64,000 bases of DNA from positions 1-64,000 of the forward strand of contig MU619390.1 of assembly GCA_025201805.1 (NCBI GenBank), given 5' to 3'. Each line of letters begins with the position of its first letter. Position 1 is the stretch's first letter. The DNA is from Parasitella parasitica NRRL 2501 (taxonomy: Eukaryota > Fungi > Mucoromycota). Made by a program: the position numbers and the translations under genes. Under the pieces are notes generated by a model. It saw only the letters and a list, made by a program, of their open reading frames with translations. It made no database searches and had not been told where the DNA came from. Of the stretch, positions 34,295 through 47,999 are shown one piece after another.

Positions 34295-35988
34295 TCAGTC
34301 TTCTTCTTCCTCGTCCTCATTATCGAGACCTTCCTCTAAATCATATTCATACGCAACATCCCAGCGAGATCCAGGAGCTTTTGCACTGACATATTTGATA
34401 AAGCGCATGACGCCTTCATCCCTCAAAACCAAACTAAGTTCATTTTGTCCAGCGGGCAAGGTTAGTAGAGCTCCATCTTCATCTGCAGCCTTGTATGTTG
34501 CAGGATCCTCTTCTTCATCGTGCGGGGCCATATAGCATTCATAACCGCCAACATCGCCATCCTCCCAAGCACCGGGTTGGTCGACATGACAGAAAGTGAC
34601 ATCCAAAACCCCCTGGCCTCTTGTATTCGTGGTAGCCAATGTATAATCATGGCCGGGTCTAAAACGACGTGCCTCACCACGATATCCCACAGCTAAAAGT
34701 TGAGTCATAGCAGCAAGCCATAATCTAAATGCTTCAGACCCAAATCTAGCCTTGAGGTAGGCGAAAATATCGTCGTCATTCTTTGCATTATTTACCATGT
34801 ATCTTGAGCGATGAGGAGGGCCTTGGACAGCCCAGCCTTCACGGACACCAGTTCCATGCGGGACAATTCGATGACCTTCAATCAAGTTATCCTCAGTATC
34901 CATCCTTGTAGTTGCAGCCATCAGTTTGGCCAAGGTGGGCTCATTCAAAATTTCTTTGCATTGAACTGCCGACTCGTCCAAGAAGCGCTCAGACATTTGC
35001 GATACAATCTTCAGGTCTAAATAGTAAGGATTCATCCATTCTGCAAGCTCTACCATAACATCTTCTGTCAATCCAACAATCTCGTCCTCTTCGGGGTTCT
35101 GAATTTGGTATTTGGTGAATCGATCGCTAGAGTCTTGTTCCTCCTGAAGCTGTTCCAGAGAAGACTTGGCAGCATCGGATTCTTCCTGAGATTGCTCCTT
35201 GAAGCCAAATTCGCCTTCTTGAGGTATATGGAACCAACCTGAAATAGACAGACGGTTCCCAGGGCCAACAACCTCTTCCACGGAATGGAACGAATGTCCT
35301 GGTTGGACAGTAAACATGACAAACTGGTTCCATTGAGGGGGTATCACAACGGTAGGCTCAGATGCAGGAATGCCCTTTTCAATCACAGGGTAAAGCTCAA
35401 GAGCGCCGCCATCTTCAGGCTGCCACGGTTTTGCGGGATCCGTCAGGTACAAAATGTACGACACACGACGAGTGCCAATCACATCATCGTGATTAAGTAG
35501 ATGACATCCAGCCTGGTAGGAGTTGATGCTCATATCCATTTTTGTGCCTGACAAAGGACCGCAGTCTGTTACCTTCGAGATGAAACTGCGAAATTCAGCA
35601 GAATAAATGGCATTTCGAAGCTCAAACAAACTGGACAGCTGCTCAAGTTCGTCCTTGGGAAGCCCGTCCAAGTTGGCCAGATCACCGGTTTGATTGACCT
35701 GTACACTATCAGTATCAGCCAGCCTATATATATATTTTTCAGAATGTTGCATATGAAACTCACCTTGTAAATGTCGGTTTCCTTTAGCGTAAAGTGCAAG
35801 TTGGATAAAATCTCTTTACGGACCCTTCTCAGCAATTCATCATTGAGTAATGTGTCAATCTTACAGTGAAGGTAAGGCTTTGATTCTCTGAATTGCTTGT
35901 GAATAACGGCCGTGGAATCAGCCCCCAACAAACCCTTGTGGAACTTTTCTTCAGTATTAGTATCGAGTTTTTGTCGCTTGTTGGCCAT
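34295..35988 (-). CDS. TPA1: Prolyl 3,4-dihydroxylase Tpa1/Ofd1 (OGFOD1), 2 exons
   Basis: KETDIYK|VNQTGDLANL, GCHLLNHDDVIGTRRVSYILYL, GGALELY, SFHSVEEV, RLSISGWFH, ARRFRPGHDYTLAT, NELSLVLRDEGVMRFIKYVS. Confidence 0.96.
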
Positions 35989-36159
35989 GATGGCTTGATG
36001 GAAAGAATGGAAATGTAAAAAGGAAAACAAGTGGCTTTTGTCCCTGTCAATAAAATATGTACAAAAAAAAAAAAAAGCGGGGAGATCAAACAAATGCACA
36101 TCCACACACACACATGCAAAGGGATTGATAAAAATTTTATTTACAACAGGTATCATGGT

Positions 36160-36577
36160 CTATTTTCGTTGATTGAGCAACTTGGCCAAAAAGCCTTGGC
36201 TTCCGTCTTTGTTGGCGCCAAGAGATGACAGCATGCTGGAGTAGTATTTTGGATTGCTGGCAGGAGACAAAATTTTCTCTGACAATGTGTACTGAAAGAC
36301 ACAGTTAATGTAAATGCTCCTACAGAGAATTATGCTAGGCTATAATTACCTTCTCCTTGAATTCATTGTTCAAAAGCTTTTGTAATGACAGTAATTCTCT
36401 CTCTGCTTGAGCAACGTTTAGAGCCTCTTCATTTAAAAGCGGCTTTCTGAATGTTTCCTCGATTCGGGTGGATAAAACCTGCTTCAAATCTCTGTTGGGC
36501 CGAACTTTATCAACGGGCCACTTCTGGATTACTTTTAAAAACGAACGATACAAAGGTTGAATTTCATTTGAAGCCAT
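36160..36577 (-). CDS. CBP6: Complex III assembly factor Cbp6/UQCC2-like, 2 exons
   Basis: LYRSFLKVIQKWPVDKVRP...SLQKLLNNEFKEK|YTLSEKILSPASNPKYYS. Confidence 0.82.
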
Positions 36578-36659
36578 GTTGCTATTTATTGGTAGAAAAG
36601 GAAAAGATGAAGGCGAAAGCCAGGGTTGTGTAATCTTCTGTCCCGAATAATCCGGGCTT

Positions 36660-37610
36660 TTAAAGATTGACAAGCGGATCCTGTTCGAACGGTATAGGAT
36701 CTTCTTCAATACCAAGCTCTTCTTTTAGCTCTCTTGGGTTTCCAGGATAATGCTCGGTGACAGTTTTGAATATGTCTCGAAACTGGTTGCTTAATTGTTA
36801 GTGCTGGTATCCAGCGATCCAAGGTAGAAATGCACACATACCATGCCTCTTCGTTTCCTCCATAATTGTCTGTATGTGTCGTATTCGTCGTCGGCTCGTT
36901 TCCTCTTCTCTGGTGGGATTAACACAGTGCCAGTTTTCAATGCGGTTAATTTTTCTCTCAGCTGAGCATTCTATAAGCAAACTTTAACAGTTAGAAAAAA
37001 AGGGGGAGGGGGCGCAAGGAGCAGAATTACAAGGACACAAAACCTCGGCTTTAGTCTTTTCTAATAGTCCTTTCGCTTCAGATGTTGTCGGTTCGCTTTT
37101 TATTTTTGCTAGCGCTGTAAAAAGAAAATTATTGCATCAAGACCTAAAGCAAATGCATAGGCTTACTTTGATCTAGCTGTTTATTTTCAGCTGATAGCTT
37201 TTCATGCTCCTCAGTTAGCTCATCCATTGACTTTTGCAGCGCATTGATTTCCTCCTCTGAAGGCACGTCGTCCAGTGATTGCTTGATCAAGTAAATCACT
37301 GTCTTGCCGTACGTTTTTGATACAATAAGGTCGTCCCTGATCAATTGATCAAGTGCTTTTACGACAGAGCCTTTTGTGTACTTTGCATGCAAGTTATTGA
37401 ATATGTCAGCTATTTGACGCCATGTTAATACTCTGCTCTGTTGATTATCTGAACTTTACTACGGTACTGGCGCTGTAAGGTCTGTTTACTCTGGTCAGGT
37501 ACTCGAGCACAGCAGATTCTAAATCAGTGAGGCTTAGGGCATGCATAGCCAGTTACCAATCGATTACTACCTTCTTCTTTTTTATCACTATTAGTCTTCT
37601 TTTTTGCCAT
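36660..37610 (-). CDS. HOP2: Homologous-pairing protein Hop2 (TBPIP), multi-exon
   Basis: VLEYLTRVNRPYSA|TDIFNNLH..KGSVVKALDQL..IVSKTYGKTVIY, coiled coil, WRKRRG, ELGIEED. Confidence 0.88.
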
Positions 37611-37977
37611 ATGTTTTTCGGGTTCAACAAAGAAGAGCTTATGCGGTTTACGAGTAAGGTATATACTTGTGCGTGTACCAATCCAGACACTTTAAACCAC
37701 CGGACTTGCAGCATGGACCTGAGAAATGGCAATTGTTCACAGTAACGGTCCGGCTTGGCTGTCTCGATAGCCTACATACAGCTTGGAGGATCATGGCTAT
37801 AGTTTTCCCTTGCAGTTTTTTTTTCCAACGAAATCACTCTAGGTAATTCACGTTGGCCAATGGTAAATCCGCAATAGTGGGATTTCAGCAACATTTTTTT
37901 TTATTTTTTATTTTCATTTTTATTTTTATTTTTATTTTTTTGTCAAGAGGCTGTATCTTGTTGCGATACAAAAAGGA

Positions 37978-39958
37978 ATGCCATTAATCGCTGATTCCCT
38001 GGATGTTTCGAGTGGGACAGCCGTACTTGCTTTATCGCTGATAGCAACAGCCAGCTATTACTACCTGTTTAGCGACAAGCGCTTTACACTGCCCGAGCGA
38101 TTGTACTTTTTAATATGCAAACGAAACATACAAGAAGCCTTATTGGAGCATGAGCTACTAGAAGAAGGTAACAGTATCGACTGTGTTGCGCCAGTTGAAC
38201 ATGGCAATAACACTCGTTAATAGCCGAGCCTGAAATCATCACAGAAAACACTCAGTTTGTGGAAATCAATGGCCATAAGCTCCGTATTGTGCATATCATC
38301 CATGAACTTGGCAGCAAAGTGCCACTGATCGTATTTATACACGGTCTAGGCGGGCAGGTATGTAAAATTCCCGTCTGATAATATATTGCCCATGGGCTCA
38401 ACAGCCTCGACTAGGTGCCACAATGGACATGTCAAATCGAGTATTTTTCGCATACCGCGCACATCCTTGCCATTGATTTACTAGGCTGTGGCAAGAGTGA
38501 GGTGACCAACGAGTGAGTAAAATCAGGATCCACTCTGCATGTTTTATTTAACGGCATGTCCTTGGCTAGCTGGGAATCGTATACAACAGCCTCACTCGTG
38601 GACGACGTCAAAAAGTTACTGCTTGATCGTTACAAATACCCAGCCACTGTGATTGTTGCTCATTCTTATGGCTGCTCAATCGCATCTTCTGTTGCCGCCT
38701 CGCCGGAAATTCAAGCCAGTCTCAAAGGGCTAGTCTTGATTGCGCCCAAAGAACACATCAGCGAGACTCAAAAGCGAAATCAGAACAAACTGCGATGGAT
38801 ACCTGACTGGCTCTTCAACTGCGCTAGAACAGCCGATAGAAAAGGCGGCTTGCATTCAAAAAGCGTGGATCGTTTTTTGGGGACAGAGATTAGCGACCTG
38901 GACATTCGCAGAAGGTATGTCGGACGGATGAAATGTTTGGAGAGACTTCAGGACCATTGACGACACGCTGCTATAGCCAATTACGATGGAACCTCCAGAG
39001 CAGATCATCCGTATACAAGCGGTTTGTACGAGGAGCCACTTTTCCCGACAAAAGCGTATACGACAAGATCAAAGTAGGTGTGCTTTTGATAGGCGGCGGA
39101 TTGGATACAATAACTCCATCTTCTGAAATGAACGTCATCCGCAATCACCTACTTGGCTTGGATCCTCACAAGGGCCAATGGGATGAGACAACGCCATCTG
39201 ATAACATTCGGGTGCCAGTGCCATATGTTATCCCTGACGTGGGGCATGTGCCAATGGTGGTTCATCCAGAATTGGTCAATCCTGTCATTTCTGATTTCTT
39301 GGTCAAAAACTGTGGACTTAACACGTTGAGCGGAGCTTGGCAAATACTGCACAAAACAAAAGGTGAAAACAAGTGGGATTTGAAGAACTATGCCAAATGG
39401 GCCAGCATCACCAACATTACATACGAACCTATTGGCCCATCGCTATTCAGGGCCATGAAGGTGATGCGCCAAACTGACACGGCTCATTGCCCATCGGCGC
39501 TACTGGCCAAGTATCCAGAAATCCGCTTCATCATCGATATATCAAACGACACGCCACCTTATCGGGCCACAGATTTTGAGCACTCGAGAATAGAATATAT
39601 CAAGTTCAAAACCGTGTCCAAGATACCGCCCACTAGAGAAGAAGTGGCCAAATTCAACGATATCGCCGCGTCTTGCTGGGGGAAGAACCCTGATGCCCAA
39701 GTTGCTGTTCATTGCCACTATGGATTCAATAGAACCGGATTCTTTATCTGCTGCTATATGATTGAGAGATTAGGTGTTGCGGTTCCTGATGCATTACGCT
39801 ACTTTAAAGATGTTCGACCTCCTGGAATAAGGTAGTGTTTTGTGTTCTCTAGTGTGATGGATGCAGACTAACGGGGCTTCATTTGATTATTTACACATTG
39901 TAGACATGCGCATTTTATTGATGAGCTGTATCTGCGCTATGTGTTGAATCAAAGATAG
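37978..39958 (+). CDS. Alpha/beta-hydrolase fused to a DUSP11/PIR1-type (RNA 5'-triphosphatase-like) cysteine phosphatase
   Basis: N-terminal TM; VFIHGLGGQ, AIDLLGCGKS, AHSYG, GLD, VGHVP; then KWDLKNYAKW, MKVMRQTD..H, VSKIPP, VAVHCHYGFNRTGFFICCYMIE, RPPGIR|HAHFIDELYLRY. Confidence 0.9.
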
Positions 39959-40365
39959 GCTTTCAGCGCACGCAGCCGTCTGACGGGATACGCTTGATCA
40001 TTATATTTAAACTCTCCCTTGAGTATAATAGTTGAATTATATATATATATATTATATATATATATATAAATGCGCACACAAGCTCCTTTAGAGTAGCACC
40101 AGGAGTCTTCTCTGATTAGCAAATTTACTTGGGAAAATAAAAGGGGGGGGGGCGAGATATCGAATACATATGGCTCTCGAAATCAAAAAGTTTAGAGACG
40201 TATACTAAATACTCAAAACTAGTCTTTCCCACTCCTTTGTCCCCCTTTTCTCATCAGGCTGCATCTCCCTTGGTCTTTCATATAAATATACCAGGATTTC
40301 TTTCACAATCTGTTGTCAACTTGTTTCTTCCACTTTTCTTCAAATAATAATAATAATAAAAAAAA

Positions 40366-42055
40366 ATGCCTTGCTTAGGGTCACGCAAAAAATCCAACAA
40401 TAGCAGACAACAAAGTACGTCTTCTATTATAAACAGTAGATTTAGGCTGCCTAATCACGTTGAACCAACTTTAACATCAGGTATCGACGGGCAGAGCAAG
40501 ACTGAAAGCTCAGCCGGTCAGCAGTCTGAAGCCGTAGCGCAAATCAAACTTGAATACAATGAATTGAAATCAAAAGCAAGTAGCATAGTACCCCGTTTTT
40601 TTTTTCTTACGCCCCCCCTTGATGATTAACATTTGATCCTTTTGTTGTGCTTGTAGAATATGGCCAATCTAGAGATCATCGCAAAACAAACATCTGAACT
40701 AGAACAACTGCGACAGCAATTAAGTGAGTCTATCACTTCTCAGCTGTCTATACCCGAGTCAAATGAAGACGATAGAAATGAAACTAAACAAGCTTTATTG
40801 AAGCTGGAGGCTCAGAACAAAGAAACACTGTCAACCTTGGCCGAAAAGGAGGCTTTACTTGAAAAGACCGAACGACAACTCCAAGAACTGACGGAGAAAA
40901 TGAACCGAGAAAAAGAAGAAGCAATAGCCGCAGCAGAGGCAGCAGCAGAGGCAGCAGTAGAGGCAGCAGTAGAGGCAGCAGCAGAAGCAGCAGAAGCAGA
41001 GGCCAAAGCAGAGGCCAAAGCAGCAGCAGAAGCAGAAGAGGCTAAAACAACAGCAGCGCTTGAAACTGCGAGCACAAAAAGTATTGAGCAAGATTTGCAC
41101 AACCAGCTGGCTGAAAAAGAGCAGTTGCTCCAAAAACAGCAAGCACAGTTGGAGGAGCTGAAATCACAGTGGGAAGCTGAACGAGCCGAGCTAAGCAAGC
41201 CCGCTTTAGAGCAAGTTACAGCTCAACTGGAGGAACTGAGAGAGACTGTAAGTACGCAAAAAGCAGCTGCCATAGCAAATTCTAACTGAAAGGCTTGTAT
41301 ATGCAGAATAAGGCTGCTGTCGAAAGATTGACAGAAAAAGAAAACGAACTCGCAGAGCTTCGTTCTCAGTTGAATAGAAGAGACAGGAAGCCAAAGCAAT
41401 CGCTTTCAAAGGAACAAGAGCAGCAAAGAAGACTTAATCGACTGACAATGGACCTCGAAAACGATCGTCTTTTGATCCAAAGATTGGACGAGTTGAACCA
41501 ACAGCTAGAGGTATGTATAGTGTGCTTGGAACATGCAAAAAAAAAAAAAAAAAATTCCACAAGATCTAATTGACGACGCCTCCACAGACACAAAAACAAA
41601 AGCACGAATCTATCCTTCAATCGCATGCAAAGGCTTTGGCAGAGAAAGACCATGTCCTCTTCCAACACCAGAAATCACTGAAACAACTCAAAATGAGCCA
41701 CGACAATGCCACCAAATCACTGGAGCAAGGACATTTGCACCAGTTGAAGAAGCTGCAATTGCAACATGAAAACGCATTGAGCGATTTGAAAAAGAGACTG
41801 GCACAAGCAGAGAACCAAGCAAAGTCTGCAGTCAACGATGAGCTGGACCAGATACTAGTAGAATTTGAGCAATCCCAACACAACCATTCCGCTGAAGTAG
41901 CGTCTTTACAACAGTCCTATGAGACACAAATCTCCAAAATGCGATTAGGCCAGCAAGCCGAAATAAGAAGCCTAATCGGTGACAGCAGTGATGGCAATGC
42001 TGCGTCAAAATTAAAAAATAATGCAAAGTTCAGCTGGCCACCTGTAGCTGTCTAA
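40366..42055 (+). CDS. Coiled-coil protein of unknown function with an Ala/Glu repeat insert, 4 exons
   Basis: Consecutive heptad-rich ORFs separated by short introns; AAAEAAAEAAVEAAVEAAAEAAEAEAKAEAK tract. Confidence 0.8.
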
Positions 42056-42865
42056 AGCAGTTGTTGTTATATATCTACTAAATCCCACCTAATAAAAAAT
42101 CTAATACTTATTTCTTTTAATACTTATGTCAACTAGTTACAAGTAGCGTTCTGTTATTATTATTATACAGCCAATTACATAGCGGCTATCCATGTGTTCA
42201 CTGGAAGAACTCTCATCATTTATGTTCAGAATCTTCCAAGATGTCATGAAAAAAAAAAAAAAAAATTACTCTTGGGAGTTACAGTTATAAAGCTGGTTTT
42301 ACTTTCATTAATTTGCAACATAGAATTTGTGCAATATTGGAAGCCTCCTTATAGGCTAAAATACAAGGCAAGCTTTTGACCGCGGTGAAGAACAGTACTA
42401 TAATTGTGGTGCTGTATTAGAACCGGACGAGAAACTCCCAATCAATGGTATTATTCTTTTAGGTGATGATGTTGTTTCAAATCCGATTCGAATTGATTAT
42501 TATGACGAAGCTTGTAGCAAAGTCAAGGAGATTTACTTGAAATACAAAGAAAAAGATGTCAAATCGCATGTCGACGGTATCTTTCACTTTACCAAGATGC
42601 GCTGAAAATAACAACGAGATTCTGATGAGGCAAAAGATAATCCAAATGTATCGAACTTACCCAGCCACATCAAAGCTATTTTATACGCACTGCAAGTATC
42701 AAGATTTGTTAAATAATTATTGCTGCAAGTAATATGTGCTTATTTATTTACTTTTAGCAAGCAAATCTATTATTAAGGATATTCTATTAAATTACCAAGT
42801 GAAAGCACAACAGTGAATGATGGTATATTACCGGTTTTAGAAAAGTATTTCCTCGCCCCCCCCCC

Positions 42866-43825
42866 NNNNNNNNNNNNNNNNNNNNNNNNNNNNNNNNNNN
42901 NNNNNNNNNNNNNNNNNNNNNNNNNNNNNNNNNNNNNNNNNNNNNNNNNNNNNNNNNNNNNNNNNNNNNNNNNNNNNNNNNNNNNNNNNNNNNNNNNNNN
43001 NNNNNNNNNNNNNNNNNNNNNNNNNNNNNNNNNNNNNNNNNNNNNNNNNNNNNNNNNNNNNNNNNNNNNNNNNNNNNNNNNNNNNNNNNNNNNNNNNNNN
43101 NNNNNNNNNNNNNNNNNNNNNNNNNNNNNNNNNNNNNNNNNNNNNNNNNNNNNNNNNNNNNNNNNNNNNNNNNNNNNNNNNNNNNNNNNNNNNNNNNNNN
43201 NNNNNNNNNNNNNNNNNNNNNNNNNNNNNNNNNNNNNNNNNNNNNNNNNNNNNNNNNNNNNNNNNNNNNNNNNNNNNNNNNNNNNNNNNNNNNNNNNNNN
43301 NNNNNNNNNNNNNNNNNNNNNNNNNNNNNNNNNNNNNNNNNNNNNNNNNNNNNNNNNNNNNNNNNNNNNNNNNNNNNNNNNNNNNNNNNNNNNNNNNNNN
43401 NNNNNNNNNNNNNNNNNNNNNNNNNNNNNNNNNNNNNNNNNNNNNNNNNNNNNNNNNNNNNNNNNNNNNNNNNNNNNNNNNNNNNNNNNNNNNNNNNNNN
43501 NNNNNNNNNNNNNNNNNNNNNNNNNNNNNNNNNNNNNNNNNNNNNNNNNNNNNNNNNNNNNNNNNNNNNNNNNNNNNNNNNNNNNNNNNNNNNNNNNNNN
43601 NNNNNNNNNNNNNNNNNNNNNNNNNNNNNNNNNNNNNNNNNNNNNNNNNNNNNNNNNNNNNNNNNNNNNNNNNNNNNNNNNNNNNNNNNNNNNNNNNNNN
43701 NNNNNNNNNNNNNNNNNNNNNNNNNNNNNNNNNNNNNNNNNNNNNNNNNNNNNNNNNNNNNNNNNNNNNNNNNNNNNNNNNNNNNNNNNNNNNNNNNNNN
43801 NNNNNNNNNNNNNNNNNNNNNNNNN
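42866..43825. other. Assembly gap (N run)
   Basis: Run of N. Confidence 1.
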
Positions 43826-43965
43826 ATCAACTGTACAAGCACGCACACGATGTTTCAAGAGTAATAATAATAGGTTCAGTGTAGTGTTTTTTAAACAAGC
43901 CCAGAACCGAAAAAAAAGACTCATTACTTGTATAATTATTCGTTTTTCAAAGAGGCATATATATT

Positions 43966-46250
43966 CTAATTTTTATTATCAAACATGTCTTTTAAAAACG
44001 ATTCATAATTCATTTCACCTTGCGAATTCATTCTCTCTTTTAGATAGTTGATCATGGGTACTGGTATCTGGCTCATTGTAAGATCCAGCTCGGTTACAAA
44101 TGGTTTATCTCCTGCTATCGTTCTGAATGCATCTAGAAGCTGGCCGGGCGTGGTTTTGTCTTCAGTAACAGACACCATAAAACGGATGAATTGCTCAAAA
44201 GACATGAAGGCGTCGTCGTGTGTGATATCATAGAATATGCTTTCTAATCGGTCATTGTCGTACACAATGCCTAGGCTGGAGACAGCGCATTTGAATTCGG
44301 ATGTGCTGAGCTTATTCGTATAGTCTTTGTCGAAATATCTAAATGTTTGCTCAAACTGCTCCAATTGAACTGGTGTCAAGTTTGTCATGTTTCTAGAGAC
44401 AATCTACATCAGGGCTTAGCAAGCAGTAGTCTCCCAAATTCAGTTTTTGCTTACCTGGTTTTGTATAAACGCACTCTTTTGTTGCACAGCTTCTTTCACC
44501 AGGTCTAGGCCAAAGCTGAGATCTTCCAGCGAGTACACAGTATAGTCGTTTTCTTCTGTATTTGCATCAATACATTGCTGGTCCAGGCTGTATATTGTTT
44601 CAAAAGATTCTTGCAGCGGCGTAAAGAGATTAGTCAAGCTCTGAACAAGCTTTAACTGGGATTGCAGACTGCCTTCAAGACCGACCAGTCTGGCTGAGAT
44701 GGCATCCAGTTGTCTTTGGAATTCATTAGCTGCTTCAGCAAAGGCCTTTCGAAGGCCTTCCTTGATTCTATACAATTGCATTAGCGTCTTCTGTTTCTAC
44801 CTGATGCGCTGCTGCACTGCTTACTCTCGGATGGTTCGGTTGATCTTGCGGTAGTATTCAGCTTCGTTTTGCAGTAAAATGTTCCACGCCTCGTCCAAAT
44901 CCTTCAGCGTCAAGCCCTCTGGCGGATAGTATGGCTTCAAATTGTATGTCTTGGCTTTGGTTTGTATGTTGCCCAAAAGCGTGTCGATTTCCTTTTTCTC
45001 GGCAAGCCAGGATCGTTTGTACGTGTTTTTATAAATGTCAAATGCCATGCTCTTTTGTTTGGCATCAATGTAACTGTCTGTCAACTCTACGCTGTCCCAT
45101 TCTTCTTGGATAAACTTGACCGCCATCATCAACTACGTTTATGTGTTGGTACACGACAAACATGCAAGCTTTTGTATCCTGTACTTACGGCCTCCACTCG
45201 CTCTTCATACCGATGCTCCATTTTGCAAACAGATAGAAGCACATCTCCAAACTTGGCTACTCTTCTGCCAGCAGTTTCAAATTCATCTCTTGCAGAAAAC
45301 GCATGAAAGTACTCAGCTACATAGGTCATGACCGACCTCTCGTCTGGCTTTGAGATGTCGCATACGTCTTCTACATCCAGTAGCTGAGGTATGTTCAGTT
45401 TCTTTGCGGCTTCAAAGGCGATGGCAGTGTTTCCATGTCTGTCGCTTCTGTCAAGGCCTTGATAATCGATTAACTCTGGATGGTGGTGGTGAATCAGGGC
45501 GCAAAAGGCCAAGCCGTCGGTCCAACTGTACGTGAAATCACGGATATCGACCTCATCGTAATTTGCAGTCTTGCGTTGACACCATAATAACAAACCCTCT
45601 TTGGCATTCTTACCATCCTCGTTGATGTCTGCAATTGTGAATCGAAGAATGATTGTCCAGAGCATGCCTAGAACCAGCTTTAGGTTCTTGTTGACAATGT
45701 CCTCAGCTCCAATGTTGGTTAATGCGACGCCTCTCGATTTGATAAAGTCCAGTGCTTTGTTGACATTCTCCATCTTTTGGAAAATCATGGTTGGATTCTT
45801 ATTAAATGGCTTGAGAGACTCGCCGCCAATAATCTCCTACATGAATGCGTCAATACTGAGAGGGGGGAAAATTGCCGCACGTATACCGCTATTTACTAGT
45901 AGTTGGATCAGCCTAACACCGTCTGCTAAATCCTGGTTCAAGTGAACAATGTTTGGTATATTTGTCAAGTCTAACTTGTTGTTGACCCATTTAGTGAAGG
46001 CTGCAGCAAAACAGAGATAATAATAATAATAATAAAATTATGTTGGTGTCCTGCATTTTTCTTCTTTGTTCATCGTAGAACAGGCTTACTCTTTTTTTGT
46101 ATGACTTCCCAAGCGTTATCCATCTGGTTTTTGTCTAAATGATACACTCGGAGCTTAATACGTCTGAATGGAGCTTTGCAAATGTGTTGGGCTTTTACCT
46201 TCAAGCGATTTTTTCGACGAAACTTGGCTGTAATTTGAATAAATCGTCAT
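43966..46250 (-). CDS. Alpha-actinin (short fungal Ain1 type)
   Basis: WEVIQKK|AFTKWVN, CH domains (KMENVNKALDFIK, AKEGLLLWCQRKT, PDERSVMTYVAEYFHAF), short spectrin-repeat rod, EF hands (FDKDYTNKL, AFRTIAGDKPFVTE). Confidence 0.95.
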
Positions 46251-46783
46251 TGTAAAAGAATGCTTAGAGCGAAAGAGCGAACAAAAAAAAAGGATAAACA
46301 AATTGAAAAAATATATTTGTGAAATATGGAATAATCAAAGCAACAGTTTAGATTGTCAATGGCGAAAGTCCCCCTCCCCCCCTCCCAGTGGGGGGGGGGG
46401 GGATTCTTACCATATATTCTTGATGAGACAAAGAGCCCAGAGAGCAGAGGGGTTCTAAATTTAGTTTTCGCCTTTTTAAGAACTCTTGATCATAACAAAC
46501 ATCTAACTTTAGGGAGAAGCTCTGGGTAGATCAGTAGTTTTTACAAGAACCTGCTACCACTGCCCAGGCCGCCAAGTGAAAATTTATATGATACAATGAT
46601 GATATGATTGTTTCATGGCTTGTATCGATATACATATGTCATATATTTTTTGGAACCCCTTCCCATTCCTATTATGGTGTGCGATGCATAATTCATATAA
46701 AAATTCCCCGGATTCTTTTTTTGAAAGTTGCATAACTTTTTTATCTTCTTTATTGTTTTTCATATTCATAGTTGCTACAAAAA

Positions 46784-47479
46784 ATGACTTCGACTGCTGG
46801 CGCCACTAACAAAGTCTCTCAATTCCTGTTGGATCCTTGCTCTACGCTCAAAGTGGTTTTGCCCTCTGCCGCCGTTCAAGTAATCATCCATCAGACTGTT
46901 CTCAAGAAGGCTTCCTTACGCGAACTTACACTGGGACTCACACTAGTAAATGCAATATGGTTTGCCACAACGCTGAATATGAGCTACGTCGAGACCCCAT
47001 TGCTCGCCAATGTCCCAAGCCTTGATGAGAATCAAAAGCTGGACGTAGGCAGACACCGATTCAACTGGATTAACAAGATTGAGGTAAGATGGCACGAAGA
47101 AAAGGGAAAAAAAAAAAAAAAAAAAAAGCTTGGAGACTAAAGCCCATAACTTGTTCAGAGTGTCGTAAGCTTGTTGAGTCTCGATCTTTATCTGAATTGG
47201 AATGAACGCATTTCAAGACACGATGGATTTGTCGACAACGTCTTGAAGACAGCTGCACTTGCACCCATCGCAATCACTGTCGCCCAATCTGTGTACTTTT
47301 TGCCTAAATTCAACAAACGTGCTGATCAGGTTGCCAAAGGTACTGCAACCACCAAAGAGCTTTGGAACGAGGATTCGTTCTTTTTGAAGGGCCATCGTGC
47401 ATACATTACGTTGGATACGCTTAAAATCTCTGCCTTGGCTGTAGCTGGCCTTCGATTCGGCTTGATGTTGAAAAACTAG
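46784..47479 (+). CDS. Small integral membrane protein (DUF4149/TMEM205-like), 2 exons
   Basis: Four hydrophobic segments; SYVETP...LDVGRHRFNWINKIE...HRAYITLDTLK. Confidence 0.7.
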
Positions 47480-47999
47480 GTGGTTTTTTTTTTTTTTTAT
47501 CTTTGAATAAACTGGACGTTCAATTCTTTATATTCTTGTATTACAGTAGAATGCACAGACATTTTGTCTGATGCGCTGTAGACATTGCAACATTTTAAAT
47601 TGACAAGTGCTGGCATGTATTACAAAGCACAAAATTTTTTTTTTTGAATAAAATTTAAAAAGTTGCACTGTGAACCCCTCAGTGCTCGGATAGGGTTCCG
47701 GCTGGTTGGTTTCTGTGTCCAGAGACTCGTGGAATGATTGGTGGTTTTATAGTGATTTATTTCAAGGAAGGCGAAATTGAAAAAAAAAAAAAAAAAACAA
47801 GAAAAGAAAGCACAGCTCTCTGAAGAAAAAGAAAGGAATGTAGAACACGGAAGCGGCATATGTTGTGATGTAAAGGAGGCAGAAGGCAATCAATACGCAG
47901 TATTGAATTGAGTGATGGAATTTACAGTGTGTATGAATGTAGCTATATAGACAGAAAGCAAAGGAGTGGCAGAGAAAGGCTTCGAGTTTTCGACTGAAT

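Noticed and set aside
42400-42865. Coding-like fragments before the gap (also about 53300-53850 and 59990-60180)
   Set aside because: Too degenerate to assign a product.
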